Assembly: GCA_963845245.1 (NCBI GenBank)
Contig: CAWJRJ010000030.1
Location: 31,837-95,836 of the forward strand
Origin: Nitrospirota bacterium
Lineage (GTDB): Bacteria > Nitrospirota > JACRHJ01
Direction of reading: 5' to 3'
DNA length: 64,000 nt
Numbering within the stretch: position 1 is the stretch's first letter; every line of letters starts with the position of its first letter. Under the pieces are notes generated by a model. It was not told the DNA's origin and did no database searches. It saw nothing but the letters and a program-made list of their open reading frames with translations. Of the stretch, positions 9,936 to 22,281 are shown one piece after another. The position numbers and the translations under genes were made by a program.

Positions 9936-12078
9936 TTATTTGGAAAAACCGCCAAGATGGGTATGGCAGGTAGTACAGTCTTTCCCGTTGTAGTTGAACC
10001 CGCCGGAGTGGTTTATAAAACCGGTACCGTCGTTTTTATAGTACTTCGTCTTTGTGTGGCAGACCTCGCAGACCCCGTTTAAAGAAGGGTCCCCGTCGGC
10101 GAAGGAGTTATGACCGGTGCGGTTGGAGAACACGACTGCCTTTATGCCGCTTGCAGGTGTCTTTATACGCGGCCTAATGCCGTGCAGGTTCGTGTAGTTA
10201 TGTTCCTCGTGGCAGGTGAGACAATTTGCAAGCTGGTGCGTCCCCATGTTGTGACAGTCGAGACACATCTCGTTGTCGCTGTTGTTAACCCTTAAGTAAG
10301 GATAGGACAGGGTTGCGTATGCGTAATCGGAAAACGGAGCATTGAATATTATCGTACCGGCGTTCGGGTCATAATCGTATGCAGTATTGCTGAACATATA
10401 CTGCCTCCTGTCCTTTATGTATGTCGGGGCAGTAGAAAGCGTAGAGGTTGCATAGACTGTTGGCTGTAGGTAATCGTACCAGCTCCATCCGCCTTTTTGG
10501 AGGGCATAGGTCTGCCCGGAAACAAGGCTTGTCAACTCCCATGTCCTCCCGGGGTCCTCAGGCTTCTCCATGGAGTTGTGACAGGTGTTGCAGACTATCG
10601 TCCGGCCGTCCTTAAGGTGGTCGCCCATCCTGTTTGAGAACCTACCCGTAAGGCTGCCAAATACAGGAAGGTTGTTGCCGCCGGCCGTCACGTTTACAAA
10701 TAACGGATGAGACTTTGAGGTATCTATGAGTTTGCCGCTTGCCTTGCCGGTGTTATTGTGACAGCTTAAGCAAAGCTCGGAGGAATATCTGTAATCAAAA
10801 CCCGTCGGCAGTAGTTCTCCGGCACCCGTATTGCTGTAGTGGCAGGAATCGCAATTTCCGTCAGGAGAGCCGTCCCATGAATAGTGGGGCAGTTCGTGGG
10901 TGCCTGCCGTCGGTGTAACGCTTATTTCCGAGGAATAGGCGCTCAGATTGTTCAGGCTGTTATATGCCCGCACAGCAAAGAAGTACGTGGCCTCGTTTAT
11001 CAGACTCCTGATATCAAAGGAAGTCGTGCTTCCCGCGTCAACCGTATTGGTATAACTGCCAGGAACGTTGCCATAGCTTATTTTGTAGCCTGCAATATTC
11101 GGTTCTTTGTTGGCCGACCATGAGAGCTTGACAGCGGCACTCAGAGGAGTGCCGATCAACCCCTCAGGAGGCCAGGGATTTGGCTGGGCCGCAGGCGACT
11201 CGAAGGCGCCAATATCGGGAAGGTTATTGTACGGCAGGCCTACATCAATCCCGGCATCGATACAAGGGGAAAATACCGGCGACGTCTGCAGGTGGTAATC
11301 GCCGCCGCCATTGTACAGGGGATCCGCGGACTTGTCATGAACGGCAGGGTTTATTCCATAATAGTTGCCCAGGATGCTCGACCAAACATCATTATAATCC
11401 GTATCAGGATCGGAGTCGAAAGCCACGTAGATTCCATACTCCTGGCTGTTGGTAATTATATTGTTTCTGATGCGGGGCGAAAAAGCGTAAAGGTTTATGC
11501 CGCGCCTGTTGCCGTCGATCGTATTATTATATATAACAGGCGTGCCACCGTTTCCGAAACTGTAGCAATATATCCCGAACGAGCTGTTGTTTGAAAAAAC
11601 ATTATTCTGGATAGTAGGCGAGGAAGCGCCTTCCACATACAGGCCGTGCTTTCCGTTCGCTGTTATCCTGTTATTTGATATTGTTGGAGAGCAAGCTGTT
11701 ACGCTTATCCCCGCCAACCAGCCTGTCGAACCGCTCCCTTTTATAGTGAAGCCATCTATCAGGGCGTTTGCGGCGGTGACTGTATTACCTGAGCCCCTCC
11801 CCGTCTATTATCGTTTCGTTGGCTGCAATGTCCCTGCTCCAGTTGGAAGGGTTATAGCCTCCGAGCAGGTTCACGCCCGCTTTCATGGTGAGACCGCCTG
11901 GATACGTCCCGGAAGCGACATGTACCTCGTCGCCACTCACGCCGTTTGTTATTGCAGTCTGGATGGAGGTATAATCAGTGATTACCGCGCCGTGGACGAG
12001 CCGGGCATTACCTGCCTTTGCCGGGTCCGGACAGAGAAGATATACAAGGAAAAATATGTAGTATATTGCTTTCTTCAT
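9936..12078 (-). CDS. Secreted multidomain multiheme cytochrome c: right-handed beta-helix, FN3, seven CxxCH (one apparent frameshift in a G run near 11795)
   Basis: Signal peptide MKKAIYYIFFLVYLLCPDPAKA; Asn-rich parallel beta-helix repeats; DPLY...DYHLQ..SPCIDAG...PDIGAFE motif; FN3 (LSWS...IAGYKISYG...YFFAVRAYN); heme motifs CDSCH, CLSCH, CNTCH, CLDCH, CLTCH, CEVCH, CTTCH. Confidence 0.85.
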
Positions 12079-12110
12079 AAAAGTTGTTTTCTGATTGTGG
12101 CTGTTAACTA

Positions 12111-12126
12111 TGCATAAAATATACCT
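12111..12126 (-). promoter_or_regulatory. Possible sigma54 (-24/-12) promoter for the multiheme cytochrome gene
   Basis: Minus strand AGGTATATTTTATGCA has GG-N10-GC spacing, about 30 nt upstream of the ATG in an AT-rich intergenic region. Imperfect match to TGGCACG-N4-TTGC. Confidence 0.35.
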
Positions 12127-12284
12127 ATTTCTGCCACTGATGGGGACTGCGATGTTTTATTCAGCAAGTATGGAAATTACAATGGCTTTTGGGCGTGTAC
12201 TAACAAACGCAGATTTGTTTATGCAATTATATTTTTGATTCTTAAAGAAAAGGCTGCTTGAAAATGAACAGTAGGTGAGCGGAA

Positions 12285-14499
12285 TCAGACATGCCACATG
12301 ATGGCTTCAAAATCCTCGGTAGGCACATTAAGGGAGATATATCCCCTGTATGGCCATTTTTCCAGTTCAACATCACCGCGCCTCACGGTGACAAAGAAAT
12401 TGACCTCGTCTTTCGGCTTTGCCTCAATTGATTGGAACTCGACCGCCATCTCTATTATATCCCTGGCTGCAATCGAGGTATGCCTTTGGGGGGTGGATTC
12501 CATACCCTTGGTTATTTTAAGCAGCGTTGCGGACACATTTCCTGCGGCTGGGTCGAGGTTAATATCTATCCGGTACGGGACCGGCCTCAGAAAATGCACG
12601 GAAAAGGTAAGTTCCTTGATCGACGGATCGGAAAGCTCGCGGTTTGAGTTTAGCCTCAGGAAAAGGTTGTTCAGGTCGAAGCCGTAAAATATGTGGGAGA
12701 CTATGCTCTCCGCGCGATGCATCGTGCCGCCGGCCTGGCTGACGTCATAATAGCCGGCAGCGAGCCATTCGTAGTAGCTCGTCACCTCTCCGTCGAGCGT
12801 AGGCGAGATAAAGGCTGTAAGCTCCACGGTCGGCCTGCTCTTTCTGTCTTCCCGTATAATCGGTATAAACAGGTTGTCCGGTGGCGTCTTGTCGAGCAGC
12901 AGGTATACGTTAATCAGGTGCTTCCTGAACAGCTCGTCGAACTCCCTGTCGTTTTCAGAGGAGTGGTCGTCGCCGTACCACCAGCACCAGTCGCTTCCCT
13001 CGGCGATGTAAATCTCCTCCCAGGCGAGCCTGAGCGCATCCGGGTCCGTTATTTTGCCTTCGCTTTCAAAGTAGACCAGGTCCTCCCGGGTCTTAAGCAC
13101 GGCTTCCCAGGCTGCGTTGTCCTCTTCGTGGCCTATCCAGATATTGAAGTTATGGTTTATCCAGGAACCAGGGAAGAGCTTGGGCAACAAGGCCGGGGGC
13201 GACATCTTTTCAAGGCACTCACTGATGGTCACGGACTCGAGCTCTTCCTCCTCGCGATATACGTTCATATAGGTGGTACAGGAAGTCACGGCCGTCGTTT
13301 CTGTAATGCTCCCAGGCGTTCTCGCCGTCAAGGATTATCGTGACAACCCCGTCCGACTTCTTGCCGGCCAGGTCCTTCCTTATCCGCTTGAGCCTGCCGA
13401 TGAAGTCGTCCACGGCGTTCTTCGGGTCCCATTTGGAGTATATGAAACCGATAAGGTCGGACAGGGTATGGTCCCTGAATAACATATTCAGCTCGCGTCC
13501 GTCTTTTACCGCCCTGTATGGGGCATAGAGCAACTCCGGCTTTTTGGAGACGCCCGAGAAATCCCTGTCGAGCATTACGTCGAGGGACTTTGCCAGCACC
13601 TCCTCGTCCGTGGCGATCCACTTTATGCCTTCGTCCGCAAGTATGGGTATTATCTCCTCGCTCACCGAGCCCTCGGACGGCCACATCCCGGCGGGCCTCC
13701 TGCCGAATGTCTTTTCAAACAGGGCAAGGGCGCGCGTTCACCTGTACCTTCGCGTCCTCCGGGTGCTGGAACCTGCGGGGGAGGACAATGCCCGGGTTTG
13801 AGACCTTTGCTATTTCTGTAGTCGCAGAGCAGCGGCAGTATCGGGTGGTAATAAGGCGTTGCGGAAAGCTCAATCGAGCCATTGTCCCAAAGTTCCCTGT
13901 ATTCAGGTAGTATCAGGCGCATGACGTCCCGCTGCTTGTCCATGAGCAGCTTCTTGTCTTCTTCCGTATAATCGCGGCCTTTTTCAACCAGACCTTTTAG
14001 AAACTGGTCGTTATCCTTGAAGATAGGGTCAAACCACGCAAGGTTGAACCATACCTGAAGGTCTATAAAGTCCTGGTCGGAAAAGTAACGGGACATCCTT
14101 GCCAAGTTCGGAATCGGAAACGTCCCTGCCCCTCTTCAAGAGCAGCTCCCAGTACCTGGGGTAGGGCCGTATCATGTTGTCCCAGTTGGCCAGGAAGAAG
14201 TTCCTGAGGATAAAAACCTTGTCGCTGCTGTCGAGGTCGGATGCCTTTTTCAGCGTGGTCTCAATATAGAGCCCGGTCGCCTCGTTGTCGCAGTGGTCCT
14301 GTATCTGGTCGATCAGCGATGGGACGAGGTTGAAGTTCTGATGGATCTTCGGGAACTCCCTCAGGATATGCGGCATGTCGTAGTAGTCTTTGATGCCGTG
14401 CAGACGCACCCACGGCATGGCATACCTGCCCGTTACCATGTCTTTATAGTAAGGCTGGTGCATATGCCAGAGGAATACGATGCGGAGCGGTCCGTCCAT
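12285..14499 (-). CDS. Glycoside hydrolase family 57 (amylopullulanase-like); about three apparent frameshifts
   Basis: FLWHMHQPYY, PWVRLH, TPYYHPILPLL, WPSEGSVS (nucleophile Glu), ILDGENAWE (acid/base Asp) and AEGSDWCWWY across ORF fragments. Confidence 0.9.
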
Positions 14500-14501
14500 C
14501 C

Positions 14502-14822
14502 CTATTTGTCCTCGTACTGGTAGACGGTTTCGCCTTCTTTTACCAGCCCCTGCTCACGCGCGAGTTGTTCTATGCTCTCGGGGTCGGTCTTAAGCTCCTC
14601 TACCCTCAGCCTCAGTTCATCGTTCGAGGCCTTGAGGCTTTGTATCTCCGCGACAAGCGCCTCCCTCTGGTGGCGGAGCTTCATATACCTGAAAAGACCC
14701 ATCTCACCCAGGAAGAAACTGAGCACGAGGTAAAAAAGCATGGACAGCCCTAACGCAACCGCTATCTTGCGTTTCCTGTTCGCCGACTGTTCACGCTGTT
14801 TGGGACTTTTGTTCCTGTGCAA
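14502..14822 (-). CDS. ftsB: Septum formation initiator (FtsB/DivIC family)
   Basis: Basic N-terminus, single TM, coiled coil, IEQLAREQGLVKEGETVY; conserved position after eno. Confidence 0.85.
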   Translation of the reverse strand: MHRNKSPKQREQSANRKRKIAVALGLSMLFYLVLSFFLGEMGLFRYMKLRHQREALVAEIQSLKASNDELRLRVEELKTDPESIEQLAREQGLVKEGETVYQYEDK

Positions 14823-14825
14823 TCG

Positions 14826-16130
<1,305 letters not shown>

Positions 16131-17552
16131 CTATCTTGTAATGAATCGTTCGCCTTCATTTGATAATGACATAAGTTCGTCCATTGAGCCAGCCTCGACG
16201 TACAGCCTAACGACAGGCTCGGTGCCAGACAGCCGCATCAGGAGCCAGCTTCCGTCCTCAAGAATAAACTTGTGGCCGTCGATGGTCACGGTCTTTACAA
16301 CTTTCAAATCCCCGAACTTCTCCGGACCCTGCTCTAGCTTCTTCTTCAGTTTTTCTTTAAGCTCTTCTGTAAGCGTAATGTTGACGCGGCGCGTGCGCAC
16401 CTTACCGGTCTTCTCAAAGAGCCGGTCAAGCTGTTTCCTAAGGGGAATACCCTCTGCGCAGACCATCTCGAGCGCGAGCAGGCAGGCGAGCACACCGTCC
16501 TTCTCGGGCACGTGGCCTTTAATCGTAAGCCCGGCACTCTCCTCGCCGCCGATGACGATCTTGTCCTCAGATATCAGCTCGCCGATGAACTTGAACCCGA
16601 CCGGCGTCTCATAAACATCCCTGCCGTGAAGCTTCGCTACGCGGTCGATCAGGTGCGTAGTGGCAACGCTCCTCGCGACCCCGCCCTGAAGTCCTTTCAC
16701 GCGGACAAGGTAATCGAAGGCGAGTGCGATAAGCTCGTTGGGCGTTATGAACTCACCGTCCGAATCGATGATGCCGAACCTGTCGGCATCCCCATCCGTA
16801 GCAAGGCCTATCATATAATCGCCGTCGACTACCACCCTTGAAAGCTCTTCAAGGTACTCCTCTGCCGGCTCGGGGCGATGGCCGCCGAAATACGGGTCAC
16901 GGTAATCGTGGAGCACCGTCACCTCTATGCCCGCACCTCTCAGTATATCATCCAGGTAGCCGCGGGCCGTGCCGTACATCGGGTCGATTGCCACCCTTGG
17001 GGACTTCTTTCCTATTACGGCAAAATCTATCTTTTTCTTTATATCTTCAAGGTAGGGTTTGACAATGCTTATCTCTTCCAGCATCCCGCGATGCTTTGCC
17101 TCGGCAAGCGTGACGTCGTTTATTGCAGGCTTCGCCATCAGGGCGTTGGCCCTGTCCTCGATCTCTTTTGTAGTCTCAGGGAGCGCGGGCCCTCCCCAGT
17201 CTGGCGAGAACTTTATCCCGCTGTACTCTGGCGGGTTATGGCTTGCGGTGATGTTGACACCGCCGGCGGCATGTCGCCTTAGCACCTCAAGTGATATGGC
17301 TGGCGTCGGCACGTCCCTGTCGGAGAGGTACGCCTTGATGCCGTTCGCGGCCATTACTCTCGCAACGCGCTCTGCAAAGAACTCGGACATGAACCTGGTG
17401 TCGTATCCGATGACTATACCCTGTCCTGCCTGCCCCTTTGCTTTTATATAATCTGCCATGGCCTGAGAGACTATACGTACGTTTTCAACCGTAAAACCTT
17501 CAGAGATGATGTCACGCCATCCTGAAGTACCGAACTTAATATTTCCGCCCAT
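16131..17552 (-). CDS. Phosphoglucomutase/phosphomannomutase family protein
   Basis: FGTSGWR, TASHNP (phosphoserine), DGDADR (metal loop) and GEESAG; likely start MGGNIKFGT at 17552. Confidence 0.93.
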   Translation of the reverse strand: MGGNIKFGTSGWRDIISEGFTVENVRIVSQAMADYIKAKGQAGQGIVIGYDTRFMSEFFAERVARVMAANGIKAYLSDRDVPTPAISLEVLRRHAAGGVNITASHNPPEYSGIKFSPDWGGPALPETTKEIEDRANALMAKPAINDVTLAEAKHRGMLEEISIVKPYLEDIKKKIDFAVIGKKSPRVAIDPMYGTARGYLDDILRGAGIEVTVLHDYRDPYFGGHRPEPAEEYLEELSRVVVDGDYMIGLATDGDADRFGIIDSDGEFITPNELIALAFDYLVRVKGLQGGVARSVATTHLIDRVAKLHGRDVYETPVGFKFIGELISEDKIVIGGEESAGLTIKGHVPEKDGVLACLLALEMVCAEGIPLRKQLDRLFEKTGKVRTRRVNITLTEELKEKLKKKLEQGPEKFGDLKVVKTVTIDGHKFILEDGSWLLMRLSGTEPVVRLYVEAGSMDELMSLSNEGERFITR

Positions 17553-17639
17553 TGGGAAGCGCCCCCTTGGAATAAATAACATCTTGACTTCATTAAACTA
17601 TTAGCACAAAACAGACCTTAAGGCAACCCTAAAAAGCAA

Positions 17640-17666
17640 AAGGCCCCGCATTTGATGCGGGGCCTT
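17640..17666 (-). terminator. Rho-independent terminator after lpdA
   Basis: AAGGCCCCGCAT-TTG-ATGCGGGGCCTT stem followed by a U-rich tract on the minus strand. Confidence 0.85.
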
Positions 17667-17679
17667 GGTAAAACAGTTG

Positions 17680-19095
17680 TTATTTGCCCGTTGCAGGCGG
17701 CACATGTATAGCCATGCCGTGCACGTCTTCCATCGCCTCCATGACGGACTCGGCGAGTGTCGGGTGCGAGTGTATCATCTCCGCGACCTGCTTCGATGTC
17801 GCGCCCATCGCCATCGCCACAGCCGCCTCGTGTATGAAGTCGGTGGAGTGCGCGCCCATTATATGCACGCCGAGGATCTTGTCCGTCTCGGCGTCGGCAA
17901 TCACCTTCACCATGCCGGCCAGCTCGTTCATGGCCTGCGCCTTGCCGAGGCCCCTCATCGCAAAACGGCCTATCTTGATCTTTATGCCCTTGTCGTTGGC
18001 CTCGTGCTCACGAAGGCCCACGCTGCCTATCTCCGGGAGAGTGAAGATGCCCGCCGGTATGACCCGGTAGTCCATCTTCTTCACGTTTCCGTGCATTATA
18101 TTCTCTACCGCGCAGAGGCCTTCGGCGGATGCAAGGTGCGCAAGCATTATGCCGCCCACGCAGTCGCCTATGGCGTAGATGCCCGGCTCCTCGGTCTCCA
18201 TGTACTCGTTAACGAGTATCTCGCCGCGCTTGCCCATCTTCACGGCCGTATTCTCGATGCCGATGCCCTTGGTGTTGAGCGCGCGGCCGATGGACACGAG
18301 CACCTGGTCGGAAACGACCGTCGCGCCGCCCTCCATGTAGGACGTAACGGTACCGTCGTCGTTGACCGTGACCTTCTCTATCTTTGCGTTCAGTATGAGC
18401 TTGATCTTTTTCTTCTTGAACTCGCGGGCCATCATCTCGGATATCTCGGGGTCCTCGGTGGAGAGGCACCTGGGCATCAGCTCCACCATCGTGACCTCTT
18501 CTGCGCCCATGCCCTTGAAGATGCATGCGAACTCGCTGCCTATCACGCCCGCACCGACGATGAGTATCCTCTTCGGCACTGCGCTGAAGCATATCGCGTC
18601 GTCGCTGGATATTATCTTCTCGTGGTCGAACGGGAAGGTCGGTATCTCGGCGGGCCTTGATCCGGTGGCGATTATTATCTTGTCCGCCGTGACCGTCTTC
18701 TTGCCGCTGCCGTCCTTGAGGGTGACCTCGATGTTTTTGCCGTCGACAAGCGCGCCCCTGCCCTCGATAAGCTCTATGCCGTGCATCTTGAAAAGGCCTC
18801 TGATGCCCTTGACAAGCGTGCTGATCACCTTGGACTGGCGGTCCATTATCTTCGGGATGTTCAGCTTTGCGCCGCCCTCCAGCTCGATGCCGAAGCTCGC
18901 CGCCTCTTTCACCTTCTCGTATACCTCGGTGGTCGCCACGAGCGTCTTGGTCGGTATGCAGCCGCGGTTGAGGCATGTGCCACCGACTTCTGCGTCTTCT
19001 ATAACCGTGACCTTCGCCCCAAGCTGTGCGGCCCTTATCGCGGCGACGTACCCGCCAGGGCCCGCGCCGAGTATTGCAATCTTCGTCTCAGACAT
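17680..19095 (-). CDS. lpdA: Dihydrolipoamide dehydrogenase
   Basis: GAGPGGY, GGTCLNRGCIPTK (redox disulfide), GAGVIG and HSHPTLAE motifs. Confidence 0.97.
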   Translation of the reverse strand: MSETKIAILGAGPGGYVAAIRAAQLGAKVTVIEDAEVGGTCLNRGCIPTKTLVATTEVYEKVKEAASFGIELEGGAKLNIPKIMDRQSKVISTLVKGIRGLFKMHGIELIEGRGALVDGKNIEVTLKDGSGKKTVTADKIIIATGSRPAEIPTFPFDHEKIISSDDAICFSAVPKRILIVGAGVIGSEFACIFKGMGAEEVTMVELMPRCLSTEDPEISEMMAREFKKKKIKLILNAKIEKVTVNDDGTVTSYMEGGATVVSDQVLVSIGRALNTKGIGIENTAVKMGKRGEILVNEYMETEEPGIYAIGDCVGGIMLAHLASAEGLCAVENIMHGNVKKMDYRVIPAGIFTLPEIGSVGLREHEANDKGIKIKIGRFAMRGLGKAQAMNELAGMVKVIADAETDKILGVHIMGAHSTDFIHEAAVAMAMGATSKQVAEMIHSHPTLAESVMEAMEDVHGMAIHVPPATGK

Positions 19096-19119
19096 TACAA
19101 AACACCTCCGGATAAAATC

Positions 19120-19142
19120 AAGGGGAGCATGTAGCTCCCCTT
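19120..19142 (-). terminator. Intergenic hairpin between gcvH and lpdA
   Basis: AAGGGGAGC-ATGTA-GCTCCCCTT inverted repeat. Confidence 0.55.
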
Positions 19143-19180
19143 CTACTTGAACATGGATGAAGCATCAAACATGCGATATA

Positions 19181-19564
19181 TTACTTGTTCTCTTCCACGA
19201 ACTTCGTGTACTCCGCCGAGTCCATCAGGCCTGAGAGCTCGGATGAGTTGTCCATCTCCACGACGACTATCCAGCCCTTGCCGTACGCGTCCTCGTTTAT
19301 CGTCTCGGGTGTGTCCTCAAGCTCCGAGTTCACCTTTACGATGGTTCCGGTTACCGGGCTGATGACGGTAGACGTGGCCTTCGTGGACTCTATCTCGCCT
19401 ATCTCGCCGTCGGCCTCCACCTGCGCGTCCGCCTCAGGCAGGTCCATGTAGACGATGTCGCCAAGGGACTCCTGCGCATAGTCGGTGATGCCGATGGTCG
19501 CCCTGTTTCCGTCCACCTTCACCCAGGAATGTTCTTTATGGTACTTCAGGTCTGTTGGGTTCAT
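19181..19564 (-). CDS. gcvH: Glycine cleavage system H protein (lipoyl carrier)
   Basis: Y.KEHSWV, GITDYAQESLGDIV, IESTKA (lipoyl-Lys) and INEDAYGKGW. Confidence 0.95.
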   Translation of the reverse strand: MNPTDLKYHKEHSWVKVDGNRATIGITDYAQESLGDIVYMDLPEADAQVEADGEIGEIESTKATSTVISPVTGTIVKVNSELEDTPETINEDAYGKGWIVVVEMDNSSELSGLMDSAEYTKFVEENK

Positions 19565-19617
19565 TTGTTTTCCTCCATGTCGTAAGCTTTATATTTAATT
19601 GAAATAATAGTCCGGCA

Positions 19618-19647
19618 ATGATAGCCTATGCCGTTTTTCTTTGTCAA
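19618..19647 (-). promoter_or_regulatory. Sigma70-type promoter of gcvH-lpdA
   Basis: Minus strand TTGACA-18 nt-TATCAT, overlapping the bioD stop. Confidence 0.5.
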
Positions 19648-20345
19648 GCCAAAAAGAAGCCTGCATCCGCCAATATTCTGCCAAGCAAAAGTGCATTTTT
19701 CGGACGGCTTTTGCCTCCCGGCGCATATGGCAAGCTGAAAACCCTCTTCGTGCCGCCAAGCTCCTTTAAAACCAAAGGGTTTGTCTCAAACGCGGCCCCG
19801 GCCTCCGGCCTCGCCTGAGTCAGTATTATACCAGAGATTTCAATCCCGCGCTCCCTTGCGGCGTTCAAGGTCAGGAGCGTGTGGTTTATCGTCCCCAGGC
19901 CCGCCCTGCCCACTATCACCAGAGGCAGCCCAAGCTCGGCCGCGAGGTCAAGGAACAGGTATTTCCCCGACAGCGGGACCATCAGCCCGCCCGCGCCTTC
20001 CACGATGACGGCGTCGTGGCTTTCGGCTATCGCCTTGAACTTCTTCTTGATGAGTTCGACATTGATTTTCTTCCCGGCCCTTTTCGCGGCGACGGCAGGG
20101 GCAAGCGGTTCTGCAAAGCGGTAGGGGCATATCGTGTCGAGCGGGTCGGTCGAGCCGGATATCTTTTTCAGGTACACGGCATCGACAGGGTAAAGCTCGC
20201 CGTCCTTCTCGCGGCATCCGGTCTCGGCGGGCTTCATCACGCCCACACTCAAGCCCTGCGAACGCAGGTACGCAGCTATCGCGCCCGCGACTACTGTCTT
20301 GCCTACGCCGGTGTCGGTGCCGGTGATAAATAATTTATTTAACAC
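19644..20345 (-). CDS. bioD: Dethiobiotin synthase
   Basis: FITGTDTGVGKT P-loop, MKPAETG, VEGAGGLMVP and GLGTINHT; likely GTG start at 20345. Confidence 0.93.
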   Translation of the reverse strand: MLNKLFITGTDTGVGKTVVAGAIAAYLRSQGLSVGVMKPAETGCREKDGELYPVDAVYLKKISGSTDPLDTICPYRFAEPLAPAVAAKRAGKKINVELIKKKFKAIAESHDAVIVEGAGGLMVPLSGKYLFLDLAAELGLPLVIVGRAGLGTINHTLLTLNAARERGIEISGIILTQARPEAGAAFETNPLVLKELGGTKRVFSLPYAPGGKSRPKNALLLGRILADAGFFLA

Positions 20346-20814
20346 TTTTGATAATTGAAGACTGGTTGGCGAATTCGTCCATTTCCTGTAATGCTTTTTT
20401 TGCTTCCTCTTCAATTTTCAAACAAATTGACGACGGCACAGATTTTGGACAATTATTTGTAGAATTATTTATTATCATCTCAAGGTCTTTGTCATCCGTT
20501 GTTGCATCTATATGACGAGTCACGAATTCGAAGAATTTTTCATCTTTCTTGGCAAGCTTCACAAACACTTGTAATTGGTCCCAATGATTAGCAAACATCT
20601 TTGCAACAGAATCTGAAATTCCTTCGGCAACATACCCATCATCAAACTGTTTATATTTTTTATAGAAATTATAAACATCATCCCAACTATTAATTGATGA
20701 CATTGCTTTGTCTGCTTGATCTTCATCAGTTACGTTGTTTTGACTACCCTCAATTGACCACGCAATGGAAGAAATAGATGTCATTAAAAATATGAAAATT
20801 ATTAGCGTTTTCAT
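20335..20814 (-). CDS. AT-rich secreted hypothetical protein, possibly orphan immunity-like
   Basis: 159 aa ORF with Sec signal (MKTLIIFIFLMTSISSIAWS); W..VY..YKKY..DDG..AEG.SD and HIDAT.D..DL...CP...C pattern; markedly lower GC than flanks. Confidence 0.75.
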   Translation of the reverse strand: MKTLIIFIFLMTSISSIAWSIEGSQNNVTDEDQADKAMSSINSWDDVYNFYKKYKQFDDGYVAEGISDSVAKMFANHWDQLQVFVKLAKKDEKFFEFVTRHIDATTDDKDLEMIINNSTNNCPKSVPSSICLKIEEEAKKALQEMDEFANQSSIIKSVK

Positions 20815-20833
20815 TAAATCAAACCTCTATGGT

Positions 20834-20896
20834 CTATTCACCAAGATACGCCTTCTTGACCTGCTCATTCTCAAGAAGCTCATGCGCCGGGCCTTC
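20834..20896 (-). repeat. Second copy of the last 20 codons plus stop of livF (direct repeat, copy A)
   Basis: 20835..20896 matches 21578..21639 at 59 of 62 nt and encodes the same EGPAHELLENEQVKKAYLGE*. Confidence 0.97.
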
Positions 20897-21251
20897 AATA
20901 AGATATACCCAACGCCGCTGATGCTTCGGCGAGTCTTTTATCGAGGGTCCACAACGGAATATCCGTCAGCTTTGCCGATGCAAGCAGATGCATATCAACG
21001 TACCCCAACCCTTTTGCCATCAGGCGGTGATTTTCTATGAACCGCATCAACTCTTCATGCTCAACTGATGTCGCCATTGGGAGCGCCTGCAGGAGAGAAA
21101 GAATCTCCGCCCTGTTCGTGAGGTTGCCACATGCCAGTTCACCTACGATGAACGGATGACAGGCAACATACGATTCATTCAGTAAGGTCTCAAGTCCGAC
21201 GTCGCCGGAACGCAGATGCGTTATCCATACGGAGGTATCGACAATAACCAT
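20895..21251 (-). CDS. vapC: VapC-family PIN-domain toxin
   Basis: IVDTSVWI, GELACG, GLGYVDMHLLASA and LWTLDKRL PIN motifs. Confidence 0.92.
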   Translation of the reverse strand: MVIVDTSVWITHLRSGDVGLETLLNESYVACHPFIVGELACGNLTNRAEILSLLQALPMATSVEHEELMRFIENHRLMAKGLGYVDMHLLASAKLTDIPLWTLDKRLAEASAALGISY

Positions 21252-21449
21252 TTAGGCCCCAGCCTGTCTTCTGCGGGGAATGTTCTCCAGTTTCTTTTCC
21301 GTTCCCCCGAGTTTGGCGAGCCTCCTGGCGCTTTCTCTGGCTATAAGCGCTTCGAGCCCAAGCCTTACAAGAGAGGTCTTTTCATTGACACCGGTCAACT
21401 TTGCAGCCTTGTCAAGCAATGCGTCTTCGATGTTAAGTGTAGTCTTCAT
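21252..21449 (-). CDS. vapB: VapB-family antitoxin
   Basis: MKTTLNIEDALL...KTSLVRLGLEALI...LAKLGGTE...IPRRR; abuts vapC. Confidence 0.92.
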   Translation of the reverse strand: MKTTLNIEDALLDKAAKLTGVNEKTSLVRLGLEALIARESARRLAKLGGTEKKLENIPRRRQAGA

Positions 21450-21479
21450 GATGTTTCTCCACGTTTATTGATATGTATA

Positions 21480-21509
21480 AGTATGTACGAATTATATGTA
21501 TGCTGTCAA
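21480..21509 (-). promoter_or_regulatory. vapBC promoter with repeated TACATA units (possible autoregulatory operator)
   Basis: Minus strand TTGACA-18 nt-CATACT; TACATA occurs three times across the promoter region. Confidence 0.5.
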
Positions 21510-21536
21510 GGATAAAAACGGACGCTGGAGATGGGA

Positions 21537-21572
21537 CACGGTGTACGTTTCCAGAGAAAACGAACAACTGTG
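21537..21572. repeat. Imperfect inverted repeat between the livF stop and the vapB promoter
   Basis: CACGGTGTACGTTT ... AAACGAACAACTGTG, preceded by GGGA. Confidence 0.4.
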
Positions 21573-21576
21573 CGGG

Positions 21577-22273
<697 letters not shown>

Positions 22274-22281
<8 letters not shown>

